A stretch of 63,330 nt of DNA, filler included, from Methanobacteriota archaeon (GTDB lineage Archaea > JACRDV01), in NCBI GenBank assembly GCA_024860865.1. It is 5 parts of 5 records of this genome, joined end to end, with 100 filler letters (N's around TTAATTAATTAA, not from the genome) between each part and the next. Parts side by side here need not be neighbours in the genome. Positions count along the whole stretch, not along the records: positions 1 to 17,615 come from JACRDV010000034.1; positions 17,716 to 28,564 come from JACRDV010000043.1; 3 more parts are not named here. One strand, given 5' to 3'. Of the stretch, positions 10,982 through 20,320 are shown piece after piece (within the stretch, counting starts at the first letter, position 1; every line of letters begins with the position of its first letter). The notes under the pieces were generated by a model. The model had not been told where the DNA came from and searched no databases. It was given only the letters and a program-made list of their open reading frames with translations. The position numbers and the translations under genes are program-made.

Positions 10982-12172
10982 TTAGAACAAAATAACTTCT
11001 ACTTCATCCCCCTTGTTTAGGTCTCTATCAGTGAGGAAATACCCATCTGCAAAAACACTTGACCTTAGTGTATGTGCAATAATTGATACTTTGTATGGAG
11101 AACCTGGAGCGAATACTTTCAAGGGGGACTTTTCTGATCCAATGGGAATTGCTTCTCCATCCTTGATTTGAGTGAATACCCCATATACGAACCCTTTTTT
11201 TGGCAGCAAAATATCCTCAGAGGTTCTAAATTTTTTTACAACTTTTGGATGATTGCTATCGAAAAATCGTTTTACAATTAACTCCCATGCAATCAAGGTT
11301 CCATTCGGTTTTCCTGGTAAAGCAAAAACTGGCTTTCCATTTATTACTCCAACCGCTAGTGGTTTTCCTGGCCGAGTTTGTACTTTATGAAAAATTAGTT
11401 CACCTAGATCGGAGATTGCCTTTGGCACAAAATCTCTCTCTCCAACAGAAACGCCACCAATTGTGATTATTGCATCATACTTAGCTCCTTCTAATAGCTT
11501 CTGTTTTATCAGCTCAAGATCATCAGGTACTGATTTTAGATCCGTGGGAGCACAATTTACCTCTTTTAGAAAGGCAATAACCATCGGTGCATTAGTGTTC
11601 GTGGTCAAATTATTGTGAATTTCACTGCCAGTTGAAATTATTGCTACAGTATGTTTTTTAAAAACAAATATTTGAGAGAGCCCAAGTTTATGGAGAATAC
11701 CTATGTCTTGAGCTCTAATCCGATGGCCTGGTTTAAATATGGTTTCTCCTTCTTCAAAATCGGTTCCGGCACGAAGCACATTCTCAAATTGTTTCATCTT
11801 TTTACCGAATAACAAATTACCTTCTATTTGTGCATCCTCAATCTTGAGAACAGCATCTGCGCCTTCAGGCAGCAAAGCACCGGTAGCTACATACATTGTT
11901 TCTCCATTTTGGATCTCTTTACTAGAATCATCGCCAGCGTAAATTTTCCCTATTAAACGCAATGGATATTGATCAGATGATTTGAGAGCATATCCATCGA
12001 ACGTAGATTTATGGCGAGATGGTGATCTGAACTGTGCCGTTATCGGTTCTGCAAGTTCTCTGTCCAGCGCATCATCTATATTAATGCGTTCTGTAGTTCT
12101 TCTTGATTGAAACTTCTCTCTAAGTTGGTCAATTATTGATTTGGCTTGAGCAAGTGGTATCATATTTAACAT
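10982..12172 (-). CDS. moeA: second molybdopterin molybdotransferase paralog
   Basis: STFDGYA, TGALLPEGADAV, GGVSVGERD, RPGKP, LPGKP. Confidence 0.9.
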   Translation of the reverse strand: MLNMIPLAQAKSIIDQLREKFQSRRTTERINIDDALDRELAEPITAQFRSPSRHKSTFDGYALKSSDQYPLRLIGKIYAGDDSSKEIQNGETMYVATGALLPEGADAVLKIEDAQIEGNLLFGKKMKQFENVLRAGTDFEEGETIFKPGHRIRAQDIGILHKLGLSQIFVFKKHTVAIISTGSEIHNNLTTNTNAPMVIAFLKEVNCAPTDLKSVPDDLELIKQKLLEGAKYDAIITIGGVSVGERDFVPKAISDLGELIFHKVQTRPGKPLAVGVINGKPVFALPGKPNGTLIAWELIVKRFFDSNHPKVVKKFRTSEDILLPKKGFVYGVFTQIKDGEAIPIGSEKSPLKVFAPGSPYKVSIIAHTLRSSVFADGYFLTDRDLNKGDEVEVILF

Positions 12173-12176
12173 TAGA

Positions 12177-13343
12177 TCACCATCTGATTTCTAAGCGTCT
12201 ATGCGCAGCTTCTATTAGTCCAACTGTACCAGCCATCATAACATCCCCTCCTGGGCTTGCAAAATGAAATTTTAAATGCGTTTTATTGAAAATTGATCTT
12301 TTTGGACCTGTTACAAGGATGGCTTTGAGACTGCCAAATCCTAATGAGTTCAAAACGTAAACTCCATGCCCGCCATCATCAAGTACCTCTTTGTTTGTGA
12401 GACTTCCATTTGCAAATCTAACCAAAAATCCTTCAAGTTTATTTGGAGATAGCAATCCAGTATGGTGCTCAAAAATCCCATCAATCTTGCCATCTGAGAT
12501 AAGAGCTGCTGTAGTGTGACCATTGCCAACATTGACTGCCATCAAATTTCCAATATAATTAGCTCTTGGATCTTTTAAACATCCTAAAAATGCAGCTGGA
12601 GCGGTATCCATTACTATTACTTTAGCATTAGGCAAGTCTCTTTTTACAGCTTTAACTGCTGACCTCATTCTGACGAAATAGCGGGGTATTTCGTTTTCTT
12701 TAAAAGCAAATGATTCGAGCCTTTGATTTTTCTTTAACAAATCTTTGATTTTCTCGAATCTAAACACTCTATCGCTTATGCCCTTAGGACTAACTCCATG
12801 GTCTTGAACAGCAATGGCCACAACCCTAAGATCACTTAAATCTTCTCCAATTTTTTCAAAAAAGTTTTTCAGCTCTCCGAGATCTATTTCCTTTATAATT
12901 AGTTTAATTCCATCAAAATTCACAGGTTCTTTTCCAACTATTTCTATCCCTAAGTTTCTCACTTGATCTAAGTCATTTCTAACTGTATAAGCAGCGTTCT
13001 CGGTCATTAAAACTTTGTAACCTTTCTCTACATGTTTTTTCAATGCAAATGCAAAAGCTCCTCCCCCTATCACATCGCCATCTATAAAAATGTGTTTTCT
13101 ATTTCGAGTAGCCTTTTGAACCTGTTTGGCAAAAACTATTGAAGGGGAAGGCAGTACCATTTTTGTACAATTTTCAAGGTTTTTTCTTTTATCATAAAGA
13201 AGAATATCTAAAGTTCCAGAGCCAACATCTAAAGCTAATATTTTTTTGGCAGCATTAATATCCAAGTTAAATTTTTCCTTGCAGCGTGGACAAAAATTTT
13301 CTTTTTTGGTTTTTTTTCTAGATTTAGATTGTGGGTGATTCAA
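12177..13343 (-). CDS. DUF1786-family protein (actin/ASKHA-like phosphate-1 motif)
   Basis: ILALDVGSGTLD, KMVLPSPS, AVQDHG, NVGNGHT, FEHHT, P.GDVMM.G. Confidence 0.8.
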   Translation of the reverse strand: MNHPQSKSRKKTKKENFCPRCKEKFNLDINAAKKILALDVGSGTLDILLYDKRKNLENCTKMVLPSPSIVFAKQVQKATRNRKHIFIDGDVIGGGAFAFALKKHVEKGYKVLMTENAAYTVRNDLDQVRNLGIEIVGKEPVNFDGIKLIIKEIDLGELKNFFEKIGEDLSDLRVVAIAVQDHGVSPKGISDRVFRFEKIKDLLKKNQRLESFAFKENEIPRYFVRMRSAVKAVKRDLPNAKVIVMDTAPAAFLGCLKDPRANYIGNLMAVNVGNGHTTAALISDGKIDGIFEHHTGLLSPNKLEGFLVRFANGSLTNKEVLDDGGHGVYVLNSLGFGSLKAILVTGPKRSIFNKTHLKFHFASPGGDVMMAGTVGLIEAAHRRLEIRW

Positions 13344-13744
13344 CTAATATGCACATCTCCCTTTGAAGTTATTATAATGTCAAATGGTTCGATAACACGA
13401 CGGCCATCAAGTTTTGCAGATTCTTTTGTGCTTATCATTTCAACAATCTTTGTTGCATTTTCACGCACATGAATGCCTTTAGTATTGGCAACATTAAGCA
13501 CTAATCCCGGAACTTCAAAAACATCTGTTCCCGGCTTGACTGTAACATGAACTGGAGATTCAAATTTTTCAATTAATCTAAGCGTTTCGCGAGCGGCTTC
13601 AATTTTTTGGCGTGCTCTTCGCTCCATAATAGTTATGTTAACTCTAGTAGTTTTAAGGCGCTTTGCTATTTCTTCTTGTGTTAGACCTTGAACTCTCAAG
13701 CGAAGGACTTCAAATTGTTTTTTAGTAAGTAGACCACGTTTCAT
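13340..13744 (-). CDS. tfx: Tfx-family DNA-binding protein
   Basis: LTKKQFEVLRLRVQGLTQEEIAKRLKTTRVNITIMERRA HTH plus Tfx C-terminal GTDVFEVP region. Confidence 0.85.
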   Translation of the reverse strand: MKRGLLTKKQFEVLRLRVQGLTQEEIAKRLKTTRVNITIMERRARQKIEAARETLRLIEKFESPVHVTVKPGTDVFEVPGLVLNVANTKGIHVRENATKIVEMISTKESAKLDGRRVIEPFDIIITSKGDVHIS

Positions 13745-13778
13745 AGTAATCGATTATGATTACTAATTATATATAAAG
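13744..13778 (-). promoter_or_regulatory. leaderless promoter (TTTATATA) with palindrome TAGTAATC-N6-GATTACTA
   Basis: 8-bp perfect inverted repeat at 13744-13765 between the TATA box (~13770-13777) and the tfx ATG. Confidence 0.55.
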
Positions 13779-13819
13779 TAAACGTTGCCATTTACCTTTG
13801 GTAAAATTAAAATTAACAT

Positions 13820-14081
13820 AGGGTAACTTCTGATCCAGCGAATTCTTATGAACCATCGATCGCTTTGATTCAAACGGAAATGTACGCATCGCATGGTATG
13901 ATATAGAGATGGAAATTTTGAGATTTATTATAAAAGGAGCACTGCACCGCTGGTACCTGAATTTCCAGAGCCTATGTGGATAGCGATAATGGCCCCATGT
14001 GTATACTCTATTCTTTATTATAAGTTTGCTATGCTCTACAATTTGAACCAGAATACATCAAAAGTAAAGTTAAACAAATGA
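13820..14081 (+). pseudogene. frameshifted remnant of a beta-propeller surface protein with PEF-CTERM
   Basis: fragments RVTSDPANSYEPSIA / DSNGNVRIAWYD / RDGNFEIYYKRS..VPEFPE plus hydrophobic tail, separated by frameshifts. Confidence 0.6.
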
Positions 14082-14133
14082 AATTAATAGTTAAGCTTAA
14101 AACTCAAGATATTTTAAAATTTCTTCTTAGTTT

Positions 14134-15264
14134 TTAATGAGCCATAAAAGTAGAAAGAGATTCTATTAACTCTTTCTCTTTTTTACAGGAAAGACACAAA
14201 TTTTCTCCTTTTTGGCTAATGTAAGAGTTTCCACATTTTGAGCATTTTGATTTCTCAAGCTGAATCAACACCTTCCTCTTATCATCAAGGAGATCATGTG
14301 GATTAACATACGATGAATGTTTTATTACCCCCTCTGGGCAAACCTCTGAACATAAACCGCATTTAGTGCAATATGCCAACTTGATACAAATGATGGCTTT
14401 GTCTTCATTATCATATCTACTCAATGCGCCTGTTGGACATAAAATTACACACAAATCACAGCCTTTGCAACTCTTATCTATCTCTACTTTAGAGAATGGT
14501 AATTCATCAACATTAATTTTATCTGTAACCGGTTTCCCGAGCTCTTTAAAAAGTTTTAGTAAAAGTGCTCGCTTCTCTGGCAACCTTGGAATAAATCTTT
14601 TCTTAGTAAAATCTTTAATTGGAACTTCAGCAATCAGGGCTTCCGTTACAGTTGTGGTTATATTAGAGGCTACATTGGTCGCTTCCTCTCTGAGATAGGA
14701 GAAAAATTCTCTCCTTGAGTAACCATCCACTAAGTTATTAGCTTCGGAAGATACAAAGATCTTTTTTTCTTTACCAAAGATATCTAGAATTTCATTTGCA
14801 TTTTTAACGCTTTTCAAAGCTACATTTAACCCTAATTTGAATTCACATCCTTTACATTGGCTTGCATTTAACCAAATATTCTCTACACCTGAAAGAGCAG
14901 CTCCTACCAAAACAGTCTCATTTAAAAAGCCAAGACAAGGAACCTCTATATTGCCCCTAGAATTCGGCGATAAAGAACACGCGAATACCGCCATTTTTCT
15001 ATTCCTCATTTTCTGAAGGAGGCGCTCAAAAGATAATTTCCTTAACTCAAATGCTCCGGTAGGGCATAAATTAGTACAAATGCCGCAACCGTTGCATATA
15101 GAATTAACTTTAAGAGGATCGTTTAAAGTAATAGCTTTGAGCGGGCAATTTTCTATGCAGAGTTTGCACTTAGAATTTTTATACCGAAATTTCAAACATA
15201 AGTTTGGCTGGAAATTCACCAGAGGTTGCGATAAAATCTTACCTACTATATCTAGCTCAACCAT
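14134..15264 (-). CDS. polyferredoxin (multiple 4Fe-4S clusters)
   Basis: several CxxCxxCxxxCP motifs; follows TorD-like gene. Confidence 0.85.
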   Translation of the reverse strand: MVELDIVGKILSQPLVNFQPNLCLKFRYKNSKCKLCIENCPLKAITLNDPLKVNSICNGCGICTNLCPTGAFELRKLSFERLLQKMRNRKMAVFACSLSPNSRGNIEVPCLGFLNETVLVGAALSGVENIWLNASQCKGCEFKLGLNVALKSVKNANEILDIFGKEKKIFVSSEANNLVDGYSRREFFSYLREEATNVASNITTTVTEALIAEVPIKDFTKKRFIPRLPEKRALLLKLFKELGKPVTDKINVDELPFSKVEIDKSCKGCDLCVILCPTGALSRYDNEDKAIICIKLAYCTKCGLCSEVCPEGVIKHSSYVNPHDLLDDKRKVLIQLEKSKCSKCGNSYISQKGENLCLSCKKEKELIESLSTFMAH

Positions 15265-15284
15265 TGAATTGACCTGAAGATAAT

Positions 15285-16040
15285 CTATAGAATTAATTTA
15301 ATTTTAAGAGACTTTTTGGCCTCTTCTATTAATAAATCCATTTCTTTATGCTCTAACTCAATATATTCTTTTGTCAACTTTGCAATTGTTTTATAAAATA
15401 TATGTTTTGAAGATTCTTTAACTTTACTACAAAATTTTGGAGCCCATGTTATCAGATGTTCAGTAAGAAATTCCTTTTGCATCTCTAAGAATTTTATTGC
15501 ACTATCTTTATCCCTAGATTTCCAGGCTTCAAATTCCTTGTTAGTTAAATAATGCATAAACTCTAATTCTAGGCCAATGTGATCTGGCAAATCTTTGCAA
15601 TTTTCTGAAATTTTTACGCCAGCTTTTCTATATTTTTCTTTTACAGCTACTGTAGATTTGCCATAAAGTAAACCTTCAACAACTTCTGTCTTTGGAGATA
15701 ATCCTGCTTCTGGAACGCCAGAATATTCAATAGTCCATTTATCTTTGTATACTGATTCATATGGCGGAACATAATCCAAACCCGGTGCTGTGAACAAACG
15801 AGTATATTCAATTTCAAGCTCATTGAGCAGAGTATTCAGCTCTGAATTTTCAATAAACTTTGAAAGAGAAGCAAATATCGAACCTGAAAAACTTCTAAGT
15901 GCTAATAAAAAATTTTTGTCCTTTATTTTCTCTACAAATTCTTTTGAAGGTTTAAAAGAATAAATTAATGAAAAAAAATTATATATATTGCTTCTAGCTT
16001 CAGCTAATTCTTCAAAGTCTTTAAAATTTTTCTCACTCAT
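15285..16040 (-). CDS. TorD/DmsD-family molybdoenzyme chaperone
   Basis: EYTRLF, PPYESVY, PDHIGLELEFM, FLTEHL..W; start re-called at ATG 16040. Confidence 0.9.
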   Translation of the reverse strand: MSEKNFKDFEELAEARSNIYNFFSLIYSFKPSKEFVEKIKDKNFLLALRSFSGSIFASLSKFIENSELNTLLNELEIEYTRLFTAPGLDYVPPYESVYKDKWTIEYSGVPEAGLSPKTEVVEGLLYGKSTVAVKEKYRKAGVKISENCKDLPDHIGLELEFMHYLTNKEFEAWKSRDKDSAIKFLEMQKEFLTEHLITWAPKFCSKVKESSKHIFYKTIAKLTKEYIELEHKEMDLLIEEAKKSLKIKLIL

Positions 16041-16248
16041 AGTTTTATTTTTTGACAATATCAATAATATAGTTATTGGCTTAAGCCTATCAAAGAATTT
16101 ATTTCCATAAAAAATGGTTCTGAGCCTTCCAATTAATATAAGAAAGCCATTTTTAAATAACAATATTTGGGAAGCTAGGAATAGAACTACAGATTTCCTT
16201 GAGGTACCCAAAACTAAAATTGGAGAAAAGAAAAAATAAAAAATTTTT

Positions 16249-16677
16249 TCACATATTTTTTCTGTACTTTCTGTATAGACTATATAGCAAAACAGGTAGT
16301 ATAGCAACTACCACTATTGCGGTTGGCCCACATATAGGTTTCTTTTCTTCTTTAGGAGGAGCTGGAGTTGGAGCAACTAAAGAGTGAATATTTATTTTGC
16401 CCAGAAGATTGCCCCTATCAGCATGGCACCCATTGCAGATCTCAGGAGTAGGTCTCGTCATCTTTGTGTGTACAGTACCCATTTGCTCAGTGCCCCTATG
16501 GCATACAAAGCACTCAGTGCCCTCTTTACTATGTTTGCTTGCCTTCCAATCTTCTACAATTTTTGGCGTTGTTCCCGTGTGGCATTTTACGCAATCCTCA
16601 AATTTTTCTTGCGCCGATACAGTTTGGATAAGAAATATAGTTACAAGAACTAATGATATCGCAATTAGTTTTTTCAT
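16249..16677 (-). CDS. secreted tri-heme c-type cytochrome with CGP-CTERM anchor
   Basis: signal peptide; CVKCH, CFVCH, CNGCH; Pro-rich linker, KKPICGP, TM helix, basic tail. Confidence 0.85.
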   Translation of the reverse strand: MKKLIAISLVLVTIFLIQTVSAQEKFEDCVKCHTGTTPKIVEDWKASKHSKEGTECFVCHRGTEQMGTVHTKMTRPTPEICNGCHADRGNLLGKINIHSLVAPTPAPPKEEKKPICGPTAIVVVAILPVLLYSLYRKYRKNM

Positions 16678-16690
16678 CTCTTTCACCACC

Positions 16691-17614
16691 TTATGCCTTC
16701 ACAAGCTTTACTTTAGTATCATAGAAAACTGCACTTCCGCCAGTTAGATCTGAGAGACACGTGTTTTTAAGATGAGGATCAACTAACATTGCTGCATTAG
16801 CATGAATGCCTCTACCCCTGCGTTCATCTCCTTTGACAACAACTCCATCAACACTTATATCCCGGCTCCCAGTAGCCCAGTTACCAAAGCCAAGTGAAAA
16901 GGCAATTACTCCAGGTGCGATGGCTTGAGAAACTTTAACTTTGCCCACCATTGGTAGTTTTCCTCCTGCTTTAAGGTCCCATGTGCCTTCAGGATTAGAT
17001 GGTGAAACAACCTTTGTTTTATCCCCATCTTTTAATCCTAACCTATCTGCATCCTTTTTATTTATCAAGATGAAATTCTCTGAGAGTACGGCTAAGAGCC
17101 AATAGTCGACACACGTCCTCGATTTTGTCTGGGTTACTTCTCTATGGGTAATCAGCTGAAGATCATACTCTGGATCAAATTTGATCTCATTGCCCAAAGA
17201 ATCTGTTAAAGGCATATATGCTGGCAAACCATAGAAGTACTTTCCAGTTCTGGAATTTTTAGTAGTAGCTGTCTTCTCTTGGTACATGTTGATTAAGTTC
17301 TGACCAGATTTCTTGTAAGTGTGAACAATCCAACCAGGTTGTTTGCCTTTCTTTCCCTCTTCAAAGTCCTCAAAGGCTCCCCCACGATTGAGCGCATACA
17401 CTGTTTTTCTCCAATTATCTCCTGCAATCTTTTTCCATCTTTCAACATCGAAAACTGTCTTTGAAAGGTGTCTTCGTGCTTTTGTAAAAAGTTCTATCTC
17501 TTCATCGCTTGCATCAGGCACTTTAGCATCCACTGCAACATTCGCAGCTTGCCTTACATAATAATCATCTGGCTTTTTAAGATCTACGCCTTTCTCAAAT
17601 CCATCTGGGCCAAA
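16691..17614 (-). CDS. molybdopterin oxidoreductase catalytic subunit, TtrA-like (5'-truncated by contig end)
   Basis: ALNRGG.FE, molybdopterin dinucleotide-binding C-terminal domain (INKKDA..LGLKDGD, PGVIA...GFG), DLTGGSAVFYDTKV; frame open to the contig edge. Confidence 0.8.
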   Translation of the reverse strand, partial: FGPDGFEKGVDLKKPDDYYVRQAANVAVDAKVPDASDEEIELFTKARRHLSKTVFDVERWKKIAGDNWRKTVYALNRGGAFEDFEEGKKGKQPGWIVHTYKKSGQNLINMYQEKTATTKNSRTGKYFYGLPAYMPLTDSLGNEIKFDPEYDLQLITHREVTQTKSRTCVDYWLLAVLSENFILINKKDADRLGLKDGDKTKVVSPSNPEGTWDLKAGGKLPMVGKVKVSQAIAPGVIAFSLGFGNWATGSRDISVDGVVVKGDERRGRGIHANAAMLVDPHLKNTCLSDLTGGSAVFYDTKVKLVKA

Positions 17615-17615
17615 A

Positions 17616-17715
17616 NNNNNNNNNNNNNNNNNNNNNNNNNNNNNNNNNNNNNNNNNNNNTTAATTAATTAANNNNNNNNNNNNNNNNNNNNNNNNNNNNN
17701 NNNNNNNNNNNNNNN
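17616..17715. other. artificial contig linker
   Basis: N run + TTAATTAATTAA + N run. Confidence 0.98.
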
Positions 17716-18168
17716 AACTTTTGCTTTCTTAACTATATCAAAAGCAGTTGCCTCTGCATCTCTCGAGTGAATAACTAGCGGTAAATTAAACTTATTTGCA
17801 AGAAAAATAAACTTTTCAAAAACTTCTTTTTGTCTGTGGCGCCCAATTGAATCCTTAACATGGTAATAATCCAACCCAGTTTCTCCTATTCCAACAATTT
17901 TTGTTTTATATTGCTCTACGAATATTAATGCTTGATCGACATCTTTTGGCTCTGAGGTAACAACTTGAGTTGGATGGTAGCCTAATGTTGCAAAAATAAA
18001 ACCAGGATATTGATCAACGAGGTCAATTGTCTTGCGGTTGCCACCTAAACTTGCACCGGAATTGATTAATGCAACTAAACCTGCTTTTTGTGCTCTTGCT
18101 ATTACTTCACTTCTATCCCTTTGAAAATTTTTAAAATCTAAATGGATATGGGTATCAATTAGTTTCAT
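17716..18168 (-). CDS. tatD: TatD-family DNase (3'-truncated)
   Basis: IDTHIHLD, GYHP, GIGETGLDY, LVIHSRDA. Confidence 0.92.
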
Positions 18169-18282
18169 GTTTATCAGTATTTTTAATCAGTATTAAGTCA
18201 TATTTGTTTTACCCAATTTAATACTAGATACTCAAATTCACTGAAAAATTTTTCGTGAATATGCAAATAGTAGTAAAACAGA

Positions 18283-18603
18283 TTATTTTCTAATTCTTAT
18301 GTAAAAATTCTTCATATCTTCTTCCAAATCCTTTATATCATATTGAGCAGGAACCCTCCTTTGCTTAAGATATCCCATCATTTCTCTAACAGAAAACCCT
18401 GCCTCTAAGGCTGCTCTTTCCAGAGTTAATTTGTTTTCTGCATAGAGCCTGGCTACATATTCTTTTTTCCAGTCTGTTATAGCTTTGGCTAATAGTTTTC
18501 CCAAAACAGTTGAGCGATCCGACTGCTCAATTTTTTCTATCCTCACTATATCTGATATCAAAGCCTTTGGCAACCTTGTTGCCACCAATTCTTCTTTTTT
18601 CAT
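18283..18603 (-). CDS. UPF0175-family putative antitoxin
   Basis: RHH-like N-terminus plus LY...KLTLERAA..AG.SV.EM. Confidence 0.75.
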   Translation of the reverse strand: MKKEELVATRLPKALISDIVRIEKIEQSDRSTVLGKLLAKAITDWKKEYVARLYAENKLTLERAALEAGFSVREMMGYLKQRRVPAQYDIKDLEEDMKNFYIRIRK

Positions 18604-18785
18604 CTCCTCACCTTTTTTATTATTTCAGTTATAACATCAGTTGAAATCCACATGATTTTGCTCGCTTCCGTTAAAGCTTCTATTAATTCATCATAGCTAA
18701 TCAATTTTTTAACAAAAGCCTCGTATAAAACCATAACAGTGCTTGACTTCATCATAGACAATACAAGAAAAGTATGAAAACACAT
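18600..18785 (-). pseudogene. C-terminal remnant of a DUF3368-like PIN protein
   Basis: STVMVLYEAFVKKLIS...MWIS..V resembles the DUF3368 C-terminus; PIN core absent; abuts the UPF0175 gene. Confidence 0.5.
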
Positions 18786-18970
18786 TTTAAATCATCTTAT
18801 TTTAGATAAACGGCATTTTTAAGACAAATTCTCAATTTTAAGAGATAATACTTCCACGGCACTTATTACCCCCTAAAATTTTAAATAAATTGAAACCAGT
18901 CTTTAAGTATTTCAATATAATTACTAAAAAAATTATTTGTTATTTGCAACTATTTGCTAAAGGCGATCTT

Positions 18971-20260
18971 ATGGTAGAAATCCTTCCATTTAAAGGGATC
19001 AGATACAATTCTAAGAAAATAGGTAATTTGAAGAAAGTAGTAGCTCCACCTTATGATATAATATCTAACGAGGCCAAAAAGAGATACTATGAAAAGCATG
19101 AATGTAATGTAATTCGCCTCATTTTAGGAAAAGAATTTTCAAGCGATAATCCAAAAAATAATAGATACACAAGGGCTGCTAGTTACTTCAATTCCTGGTT
19201 AAAAGATGGAATACTGGCACAGGACTCTAAACCATCGATTTATGTTTATGAGCAAAAATACTTCCACAAAGGAAAAAGAGAAACTCTGATAGGATTTATT
19301 GCTTTAGTAAAACTTGAAGAATTTGATAAAGGCATAATCCTTCCCCATGAAGAGACTCTCTCTGAGCCAATTGAAGATAGATTAAAACTTATGAGAACAT
19401 GCAAAGCAAATTTTGACCAAATATTCACATTGTATTCGGATCCAGACAAAACTATAGATCAACTATTAAAAATCAAGATGAACTATAAACCAGTTTTAGG
19501 TATAATAGATGAAAACGGAATAATGCATAGTGTCTGGAAAATAAGCAAAATAGATGTAATAAAGAAAGTAGCGGAAGAGATGAAGAGCAAAATTCTTTTT
19601 ATTGCAGACGGCCACCATAGGTATGTAACTGCACTAAAATTTAGAGATGAAATGCGCAAAAAAATTAGAAAATATTCTGGTAAAGAACTATTTAATTACA
19701 GATTGGCATATCTCACAAACATGGATAACAAAGGAATTACAATTTTACCCGCGCATAGACTAGTTCGCAATATTCGGGAATTTAACATTTCTAAATTAAA
19801 GAGCGCCATTAGGCAATATTTCCATTTGGAAAAAGTGAAAAAGAAAAAAATGTTTGAACAAATGGAAAAACTAAATGGTCTTAAGCACATTTTTGGAATG
19901 TATTACCAACATGAATTTTATCTTCTGACCTTAAAAGATGAAAAAATCCTTGATGAAATAATAAAAGCTGATGTATCTAAAGAGTGGAAAAGACTAGATG
20001 TATCAATATTGCATGCCTTTGTATTAGAACACATTATGGGTATGAAAAACTATGAAGATAACATAGCATATGAAATAGATGAAAAAAAGGCAATACAATT
20101 AGTCAACAATGAAGAATATCAACTTGCGTTTTTCCTTAATCCTACAAAAGTAGAACAAGTTAGAGATATAGCACTAGCTCGGGAAAAAATGCCGGGCAAA
20201 GCCACATATTTCTATCCGAAGCTTCTAACTGGGCTAGTTATGAGTAAAAACTACCTATAG
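18971..20260 (+). CDS. DUF1015-family protein
   Basis: PFKGIRY, PPYDII, PHEET, IADGHHRY, MPGKATYFYPKL. Confidence 0.9.
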   Translation: MVEILPFKGIRYNSKKIGNLKKVVAPPYDIISNEAKKRYYEKHECNVIRLILGKEFSSDNPKNNRYTRAASYFNSWLKDGILAQDSKPSIYVYEQKYFHKGKRETLIGFIALVKLEEFDKGIILPHEETLSEPIEDRLKLMRTCKANFDQIFTLYSDPDKTIDQLLKIKMNYKPVLGIIDENGIMHSVWKISKIDVIKKVAEEMKSKILFIADGHHRYVTALKFRDEMRKKIRKYSGKELFNYRLAYLTNMDNKGITILPAHRLVRNIREFNISKLKSAIRQYFHLEKVKKKKMFEQMEKLNGLKHIFGMYYQHEFYLLTLKDEKILDEIIKADVSKEWKRLDVSILHAFVLEHIMGMKNYEDNIAYEIDEKKAIQLVNNEEYQLAFFLNPTKVEQVRDIALAREKMPGKATYFYPKLLTGLVMSKNYL

Positions 20261-20320
20261 GCTAAAAACTCAAACAATACTCGGTTTTGATAAAATAAAA
20301 AGATAAAAAGTATTTATTAA

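Noticed and set aside
16041-16307. N-terminal 89 aa of the TorD ORF as given in the track
   Set aside because: Overlaps the cytochrome gene and AT-rich intergenic DNA; the recognisable family sequence begins at ATG 16040.
17616-17715. Repeated TTAATTAATTAA in N runs (also at 28565, 31977, 47079)
   Set aside because: Artificial six-frame-stop contig linkers, not biological repeats.
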